A DNA stretch of 64,000 nt from a virus: IMG/VR virus record IMGVR_UViG_3300046779_001735, positions 32,001 through 96,000 of that record, one strand, 5' to 3'. Positions 57,880 through 64,000 of this stretch are shown one piece after another. Positions within the stretch are counted from its first letter, which is position 1; each line of letters begins with the position of its first letter. The notes below the pieces were generated by a model that worked only from the letters and a program-made list of their open reading frames with translations, searched no databases and had not been told where the DNA came from. Made by a program: the position numbers and the translations under genes.

Positions 57880-58866
57880 GTGCTAGATATTAATCTTTAT
57901 TTGCCGGTTAAACGTAAGAATTCTGTGTCTGGGTGGACCAGTTTCAATGCGGTGTGCTGTGTGCACAATGGCCACAGTCAAGATCGTCGCGGACGCGGTG
58001 GCATCAAGACATCCGATCAAGGCTGGAGTTATCATTGTTTTAACTGTGGATACACAGCGAGTTTTACAATAGGACGTAATCTTTCATTCAAGTCACGCAG
58101 ATTCTTGACTTGGCTAGGTGTGCCTCCAGAAGAAATTGAACGAGTAAATCTTGAAAGTCTAAGACATCGTAGCATGGAGACGCTGTTGAATGATAGGCAG
58201 CGAGTGGTCGCAGTGCCGCAAGATATTCAATTTGAAGAACGCGAACTACCGCCAGCAGCTGAATTGGTCACACCCGAGCACGTGACCGAGTGGCAGTATC
58301 TAAGAGATCGTGGTGTGCCTGAAGATTTTCCTATCATGACTGTGAAAGTAAATGACACCGGGCACTGGGCACGACCACAGGTGATTGTGCCATTTACCTA
58401 TAACAATGACTTAGTGGGCTATAGTTGCCGCATGTTGGACAATCGCACGCCTAAGTATATACACAGCACACAACCTGGTTATGTGTTTGGCACAGATCTA
58501 CAGCACAGCTCATGGCAGCATGCAATTGTAGTTGAAGGTGTGTTTGATGCTCTAGCAATAAATGGCCTAGCAGTGCTCCATGCAGAGATCAATGATGCAC
58601 AGGCAAGATTGATACGCAGCCTAGAGCGTGAGATTACCCTGGTGCCTGATCAGGATCAATCAGGACTGGCCTTAATTGATAGAGCCATGGAACTCAACTG
58701 GGCAGTAAGTATGCCTGAATGGCCCGATGATGTGAAAGATGTCAATGATGCGGTAAAGAAGTTTGGAAAACTTGTGACCATGATACATATATTCCAAGCG
58801 AGAGAAACCAACAAGATTAAAATAGAACTAAGGAAAAAACGCCTTGCTCAACGACTACGGAAGTGA
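57880..58866 (+). CDS. DNA primase (T4 gp61-like)
   Basis: Zn motif CCVH...HCFNC; TOPRIM VVEGVFD, PDQD, KDVND. Confidence 0.9.
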   Translation: MLDINLYLPVKRKNSVSGWTSFNAVCCVHNGHSQDRRGRGGIKTSDQGWSYHCFNCGYTASFTIGRNLSFKSRRFLTWLGVPPEEIERVNLESLRHRSMETLLNDRQRVVAVPQDIQFEERELPPAAELVTPEHVTEWQYLRDRGVPEDFPIMTVKVNDTGHWARPQVIVPFTYNNDLVGYSCRMLDNRTPKYIHSTQPGYVFGTDLQHSSWQHAIVVEGVFDALAINGLAVLHAEINDAQARLIRSLEREITLVPDQDQSGLALIDRAMELNWAVSMPEWPDDVKDVNDAVKKFGKLVTMIHIFQARETNKIKIELRKKRLAQRLRK

Positions 58867-60253
58867 TGTTCAAAAATTATTTTTGGAAATGATGCTGGAA
58901 GACGCACAGAGCTATGTGCGTGTACAGAATATCTACAATCCAGAAAACTTTGATCGCAATCTAAGATCCGCTGCTAAGTTTATCAAGGATCACTGCGACA
59001 ATCACAAGACCATGCCTGATCGTGCGCAGATCGCTGCGGCCACGGCCACACAGCTAAACAGTATTCCTGATTTAAACCAAGGCCACTTTGATTGGTTCAT
59101 GGAAGAGTTTGAACAGTTTACCAAGCAGAAAGAACTAGAACGTGCTATTCTCAAGGCAGCTGACTTGCTAGAAAAAGGCAACTTTGATCCTGTTGAAAAG
59201 TTGATCAAAGACGCTGTGCAGATTTCATTAACCAAGGACATGGGCACTGACTATTTTGCCGATCCGCGTGCTAGACTCATGGCCTTGAAAAGCAACAACG
59301 GACAGAACTCCACTGGTTGGCCTGCCCTGGACAAACTGTTATATGGTGGATTTAATCGCGGTGAGCTACAGATCTTTGCAGGTGGGTCAGGATCAGGCAA
59401 AAGCTTGTTCATGCAGAATCTTGCTGTGAACTGGGTCACAGCTGGCCTCAGTGGCGTCTATATCACATTAGAACTTGCAGAAGGACTGTGTTCTTATCGC
59501 ATAGACTCCATGATGACTAATACAGCGGCCAAGGACATTTTCCGTGACATTGACACAGTGGAAATGAAAGTGAAAATGCTGGCCAAGAAAGCAGGCAAGC
59601 TACAGGTCAAGTATATGCCTGCACAGAGTACAGTAAATGACATACGTGCATATCTCAAAGAGCTGCAGGTGCAAACAGGACTCAAGGCCGATTTCTTGTG
59701 CGTAGATTATCTGGATCTCTTGATGCCTGTAAGTGCCAAGGTATCTCCCAATGATTTGTTTGTGAAAGACAAATATGTTTCGGAAGAACTGCGTAACCTT
59801 GCTCGTGAACTCAACATACTGTTTGTCACAGCATCGCAGTTGAATCGTGGAGCTGTGGAAGAAATAGAATATGATCATAGTCACATATCTGGTGGTATCT
59901 CTAAAATCAACACAGCAGACAATGTGTTTGGTATCTTTACCAGTCGTGGCATGCGTGAAAAAGGACGCTATCAATTACAACTCATGAAAACACGCTCTAG
60001 TTCAGGTGTAGGACAAAAAGTAGAACTTGAGTTTGATGTAGAAAGTCTGCGTATACGTGATCTTGCTGAAGATACCGACTATCAAGAATTTAAAAAGCGT
60101 GCGCCTAGCATTTATGAAAGTATCAAGGCCACTGCTAAGTTGACAGACAGTGAGGACAATGCCACTGTGGCTGATGAGCCAGGCAAGATCACAGCCGATG
60201 TACAAAGTGCCAAGCTTAAACAACTGCTGGGTAAAATCAAACAGAGCTCATGA
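58844..60253 (+). CDS. Replicative DnaB-like helicase (T4 gp41-like)
   Basis: GGSGSGKS, ITLEL, VDYLDL, TASQLNR, MKTRSS. Confidence 0.93.
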   Translation: MLNDYGSDVQKLFLEMMLEDAQSYVRVQNIYNPENFDRNLRSAAKFIKDHCDNHKTMPDRAQIAAATATQLNSIPDLNQGHFDWFMEEFEQFTKQKELERAILKAADLLEKGNFDPVEKLIKDAVQISLTKDMGTDYFADPRARLMALKSNNGQNSTGWPALDKLLYGGFNRGELQIFAGGSGSGKSLFMQNLAVNWVTAGLSGVYITLELAEGLCSYRIDSMMTNTAAKDIFRDIDTVEMKVKMLAKKAGKLQVKYMPAQSTVNDIRAYLKELQVQTGLKADFLCVDYLDLLMPVSAKVSPNDLFVKDKYVSEELRNLARELNILFVTASQLNRGAVEEIEYDHSHISGGISKINTADNVFGIFTSRGMREKGRYQLQLMKTRSSSGVGQKVELEFDVESLRIRDLAEDTDYQEFKKRAPSIYESIKATAKLTDSEDNATVADEPGKITADVQSAKLKQLLGKIKQSS

Positions 60254-61362
60254 ACGCTAACCACTGTGCCATGATCCACGGCGGGCTAAATCTAGTTCTC
60301 AAGGATGCTGAGCCTTGGATACAGAGTTGTTGCCTACGTACCGACTTTGTGCCCGTACAAGTGGGACAAAAATTCTGGCAACTTGAACCCTTGCAGCAAC
60401 TACGCACAGCAAATCAAAATGGTGTCTGGGATCCTGGTTGCTTTAATTGTGAGAGTCTAGAACAGTCAGGTATGCTGAGTTTTCGTCAAGGCATGAATCA
60501 CGGCTTGCGTACAGAGCCTGGCATGACGGGGCCTGCTCGTATTGACTTGATGTTTGATATCAGCTGCAACCTAGCCTGTAGAACCTGCGGCCCTGCACAT
60601 AGTACATACTGGCAAAAACATCTCAAGACTCTAGGCGAATGGTCTAGACCTATTTTCACACCAAGAACACAGGATCAAGTCATAGCGGCCTTGAGTGCTA
60701 TCAATCTTGATAATCTGCAGCAGGTGGTGTTCTGCGGTGGAGAGACGCTGCTAGGACAAGAGTACTGGGAGGTTGCAAAATGGTTGGCTCAACGAGTGCC
60801 CAATGCCAAGCAGCAGCTCACGCTGTGTTTTCAAACCAATGGCACACAGCCAATTCTTGAACACAATCATGCAGTGGTTGACAGTGTGCATTTGGTCAAA
60901 CTACATGTGAGTATTGATGGTACTGGCCAGCAGTTTGACTACCTACGTTGGCCTGCTACCTGGCGGGAGACAACTAATAATCTAGAAAATATTAGACAAA
61001 CTGTGCCTAGTAATGTGATGTTCTTGATAGAACAAACAGTAAGTGTGTTTAATGTGCTGAGTCTGAATCAGGTTGATCAATGGGCGCAGCGTGATTTTAG
61101 CATGAACCGTGAAGGTGATCCTGTAGAAGTAACCAGACACCTGGCCAATGGAATTTTTGGACTGCACAATATTAGTCAGGAACTTCGAGATCAGTTATTA
61201 GATCATGGACTTGGCCATTTTGTGCATCCTAATTGGCAGGAACGTAGCAGCGACATTCAACGTATGTGCTCAGAGATTCTAAGATTTGATTATCACAGAC
61301 AACAAAGCGTGGCTCAGGCATTTCCTGAGATGTGGCAACATTATCAAAGATTCATTAGTTGA
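60250..61362 (+). CDS. Radical SAM protein
   Basis: CNLACRTC, GGETLL, TNGT, SIDG, YLRWP. Confidence 0.85.
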   Translation: MNANHCAMIHGGLNLVLKDAEPWIQSCCLRTDFVPVQVGQKFWQLEPLQQLRTANQNGVWDPGCFNCESLEQSGMLSFRQGMNHGLRTEPGMTGPARIDLMFDISCNLACRTCGPAHSTYWQKHLKTLGEWSRPIFTPRTQDQVIAALSAINLDNLQQVVFCGGETLLGQEYWEVAKWLAQRVPNAKQQLTLCFQTNGTQPILEHNHAVVDSVHLVKLHVSIDGTGQQFDYLRWPATWRETTNNLENIRQTVPSNVMFLIEQTVSVFNVLSLNQVDQWAQRDFSMNREGDPVEVTRHLANGIFGLHNISQELRDQLLDHGLGHFVHPNWQERSSDIQRMCSEILRFDYHRQQSVAQAFPEMWQHYQRFIS

Positions 61363-63058
61363 TTTCAAGATACTGTTGGATTGGCAGACTCTTGATATTG
61401 CCACGCTTGACCTGTAGAAATTGACTGCCATCTCTACTTTGTTTTTCGCCTTGTCCTACTATCACTGATCCTGCGTTGTACTTGATTGGATTGTCTATGA
61501 TTAGATCAACGTATTCGCCCTCATCCACGCCCAGTGTGATAAAGTGAATATATCGTTTACGATCTCTGCGAAACACACGAGAGTTGGCCACGATGCCTGC
61601 AAACTCAAACCGATCTAGATACACATTGCGCACCCCCATGTTGGGCAAGAAGCCAGGAGAGTTCCACGCACCGTGTTCAATAAAACTTTCCACAGGATCT
61701 TCTGTGACCCAGTTGCCAAACCCCAGTTCACGTAGATCCCAGCCCGCACGTTTGGCTTCGTTGCGATAGACCCAGCGTGCATAGGAACCTTGGCAGTGCA
61801 TGAGAGCTGCTCGCCAGAACTCGCGAGGATTGTGGGCTTTCTGATAAGCCAAGGCCCAGATCAGCCTGCCAAGATTTACTGCATGAGCACGACACAGGCC
61901 AAAACCTGCAAGACTCTGCATCTCCGCACGTATCTGTTCGCGTTCAGTATGATCACCCAAGCGTGCCATAAACTCCATGACCTTTTCTTCGTTGCGCTTG
62001 GCAAACGCACGTCGGTACATGTCAGCTTCGTATGCGTTGACACCAATCAACTTCATGATTTTTTCTATGGCGTCATCTTCGCACACTATAGCAGACTCTT
62101 GTACAGACTTCTTGGTCCAGTCATGAAAGAACGATGCTTTTTTACGTCCTTCTACAGCCACAGGACGTACCAGAGCAGTGGCAAACACACAGTCGTCAAC
62201 TGATGTGGGACGTATGGCACGAAATAGTCTACGCATAGCAGGTGATTCGCCTTGGGTAACACCCAGCACATCTCCGCGCTGCAAAAGGTCAGCTGTGAGT
62301 TCATCGGTCTTGGGATACTCGTGTATCATGCGTGTGGAATCAATTTCCATGAGCTGACTGAGCCCACGATTGGCTAGGATATCTACCTTAAGGTGTTCAA
62401 GATCTTCTACTTCGTTTTTGTCCAGTAGTATAAGATTGTCGTCGCGGAACAAACTCTGTGGCAACTTGCGATCAAACACTATAACTCCTCCGCAGTGTTT
62501 ACTCAAGCAGCGTTTCTTGCCCATGAGTTTCTTTTCAATGCGTTCAGCTTCTTCTACATCAATACCCAGTTTAGCATAATCAATGTCTTTTGGCAAACGT
62601 CCTTTGGCACCAAGTCGCTTGGCAGCTTCTCGTCGTGCTGACTTTTCCTTGTACATTACATAGTTTGATATGCGTGCGGTCTTGCCTGGCCAGGCATCAA
62701 ATATACGCTGCATAGCTAGTTCTTGTTTGTGATGCGGAACGTCAACGTCTACATCAGGTAGATCGTCTCGAAAAGGATTTAAAAAACGTGCCAATGGTAT
62801 GTGCCATTCTATGGGATCAACGTCAGTTATACCCATGAGATAACAAACCAAACTGGATCCTGCGGATCCGCGAGTCATGTGCGGAATGTCTTTGTTGAGA
62901 TCTAGTATTCTGCGTATTTTTAAAAAATATTCAGTGAATCTTTGATTGATTATTATACCAAATTCTTCTGTTAGTCGCTCTTGGTATTCTTCACCCTGGG
63001 GACAGGGCCTGCGAAATTGATCTAATAGTGCCTGTATTTGTTCTAGTTCAGTTGCCAT
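61355..63058 (-). CDS. dnaE: DNA polymerase III alpha (DnaE)-like protein lacking the PHP domain
   Basis: RGSAGSSLVCY.MGIT.VDP, RFLNP.R...PDVDVD, KHCGG, KVDIL, ALVRP, FGLCRAHA; short OB-like C-terminus. Confidence 0.85.
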   Translation of the reverse strand: MATELEQIQALLDQFRRPCPQGEEYQERLTEEFGIIINQRFTEYFLKIRRILDLNKDIPHMTRGSAGSSLVCYLMGITDVDPIEWHIPLARFLNPFRDDLPDVDVDVPHHKQELAMQRIFDAWPGKTARISNYVMYKEKSARREAAKRLGAKGRLPKDIDYAKLGIDVEEAERIEKKLMGKKRCLSKHCGGVIVFDRKLPQSLFRDDNLILLDKNEVEDLEHLKVDILANRGLSQLMEIDSTRMIHEYPKTDELTADLLQRGDVLGVTQGESPAMRRLFRAIRPTSVDDCVFATALVRPVAVEGRKKASFFHDWTKKSVQESAIVCEDDAIEKIMKLIGVNAYEADMYRRAFAKRNEEKVMEFMARLGDHTEREQIRAEMQSLAGFGLCRAHAVNLGRLIWALAYQKAHNPREFWRAALMHCQGSYARWVYRNEAKRAGWDLRELGFGNWVTEDPVESFIEHGAWNSPGFLPNMGVRNVYLDRFEFAGIVANSRVFRRDRKRYIHFITLGVDEGEYVDLIIDNPIKYNAGSVIVGQGEKQSRDGSQFLQVKRGNIKSLPIQQYLEIN

Positions 63059-63061
63059 ATG

Positions 63062-63102
63062 TGCCTTTGTTTGCCTGTGTGATATTTAATTTGAAGTTGC
63101 CT
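63062..63102 (-). repeat. Three AGGCA repeats and a TAAATA in the dnaE upstream region
   Basis: TGCCT on the plus strand at 63062, 63072, 63098; TATTTA at 63083-63088. Confidence 0.6.
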
Positions 63103-63124
63103 AGGGCCATTAAATATTGCCAGC

Positions 63125-63781
63125 ATGAAATCAACCCAATATCTTGTGGCCTGTGGTGACAGTTTTTTATATGGCAGTGATTTATCATCCCCGGATCAAA
63201 CCTGGCCCTGTGTGGTAGCTCAACAACTAGAACTTGAATATCAATGTCGAGCTCGTCCTGGGGTAGGCAATGCCCAGATTCTACAACAGATTATTTCAGC
63301 TCAAGCTGAGTTTGGTCAACAGGCCGTGTACATAATCAATTGGACCTGGATAGATCGTTTTGATTATGTGAATATTCAAGACAACACCTGGCATACTACA
63401 AGGCCAGTATTAGATGACCCCGAGCGAGATCCTGTGTATTATAGATATTTCCACAGTGAGCTCGCAGACAAATTCCATAATTTAGTGTATATTAACACTG
63501 CTATCAACACACTTAAACATCATGACTCAATAATGACCTACATGGACTATCTATTGTTAGATCAACGCTGGCACGCACCTGATTACATACAGATTCTACA
63601 GCAACAGATTGGTCCCTGCTTGGAGAATTTCAACAAATTAAATTTTCTAGATTGGAGTCGCGAACAGCAATTTCCCATTAGTGATCGCTGGCATCCCTTG
63701 GAACACGCACATCAAGCGGCCGCTGCATGGTGGTATCCCCAAGTAAGCAGATTAATTCAAACCCAAAATTCCAATAAATAA
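63125..63781 (+). CDS. SGNH/GDSL hydrolase-like protein
   Basis: ACGDSFLYG, G.GN, WTWIDR, WHPLEHAH; TAAATA at 63111-63116. Confidence 0.65.
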   Translation: MKSTQYLVACGDSFLYGSDLSSPDQTWPCVVAQQLELEYQCRARPGVGNAQILQQIISAQAEFGQQAVYIINWTWIDRFDYVNIQDNTWHTTRPVLDDPERDPVYYRYFHSELADKFHNLVYINTAINTLKHHDSIMTYMDYLLLDQRWHAPDYIQILQQQIGPCLENFNKLNFLDWSREQQFPISDRWHPLEHAHQAAAAWWYPQVSRLIQTQNSNK

Positions 63782-63800
63782 AGCATCAGGACGCAGAAAA

Positions 63801-64000
63801 ATGCAAAAAAAGACACGTAGCATCCTTGAAGAACTAGAATCAATGTACACTGAGCGCGATCAGCGCCATGTGGTTGAAAGTCGCGCCAACAATATCATTG
63901 CATCGGCTATTAGACTCATGGAACAAATTGATGAGAGTTTTCCTGGCGAGCAAGCAGAAAATCTGCAGCGCAAGTTTTTAAATGCAATAAAATTCCGCGA
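63801..64000 (+). CDS. Hypothetical late protein (runs off the window edge)
   Basis: Manual translation MQKKTRSILEELESMYTERDQRHVVESRANNIIASAIRL...; TAAATA at 63775-63780 and AGGA RBS. Confidence 0.65.
   Translation, partial: MQKKTRSILEELESMYTERDQRHVVESRANNIIASAIRLMEQIDESFPGEQAENLQRKFLNAIKFR

Noticed and set aside
1-64000. Stop-codon reassignment as seen in some large phages
   Set aside because: Core genes are full length in the standard code, coding density is high, and TAA, TGA and TAG all end genes
1-64000. tRNA genes, CRISPR arrays, introns or inteins
   Set aside because: No cloverleaf or repeat-spacer pattern seen in the short intergenic gaps; terminase, helicase, UvsX and UvsW are of normal length without visible insertions (by eye only)

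Overview
The whole window is a segment of a large lytic T4-like myovirus genome (jumbo-phage style gene order); no host chromosome, tRNA, CRISPR array or intein was recognised. 1-23.8 kb is a virion morphogenesis block: gp15-, gp14- and gp13-like neck/tail-completion proteins, tail sheath, tail tube, gp4 head-completion nuclease, probable small terminase, a run of putative internal head proteins and the large terminase. 23.9-28.9 kb and 47.5-63 kb hold recombination/replication genes (gp32 SSB, UvsX, UvsY, AAA+ ATPase, UvsW, gp62-like subunit, primase, helicase, two DnaE-family proteins). 28.9-46.3 kb is a dense glycan/modification island (GT8-like and KpsS/KpsC-like transferases, GalE, cupins, methyltransferases, kinase, nucleotidyltransferase-HAD, cobalamin radical SAM), and kdsA sits in the replication operon. 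The most notable observations are: (i) a phage-encoded Kdo-type glycosylation system; (ii) a 190-aa 'mini-DnaE' keeping all three catalytic aspartates, plus a second PHP-less DnaE; (iii) a structured 3' RNA element with anti-Shine-Dalgarno loops complementary to the RBS of its own gene; (iv) many apparently leaderless genes behind both sigma70 and TAAATA late promoters; (v) AGGCA arrays in the leaders of ssb and dnaE; (vi) internal head 'polyproteins' with T4-type capsid-targeting N-termini and repeated [VLIM]-x-E sites. All product calls come from motif recognition by eye; no database search was run.
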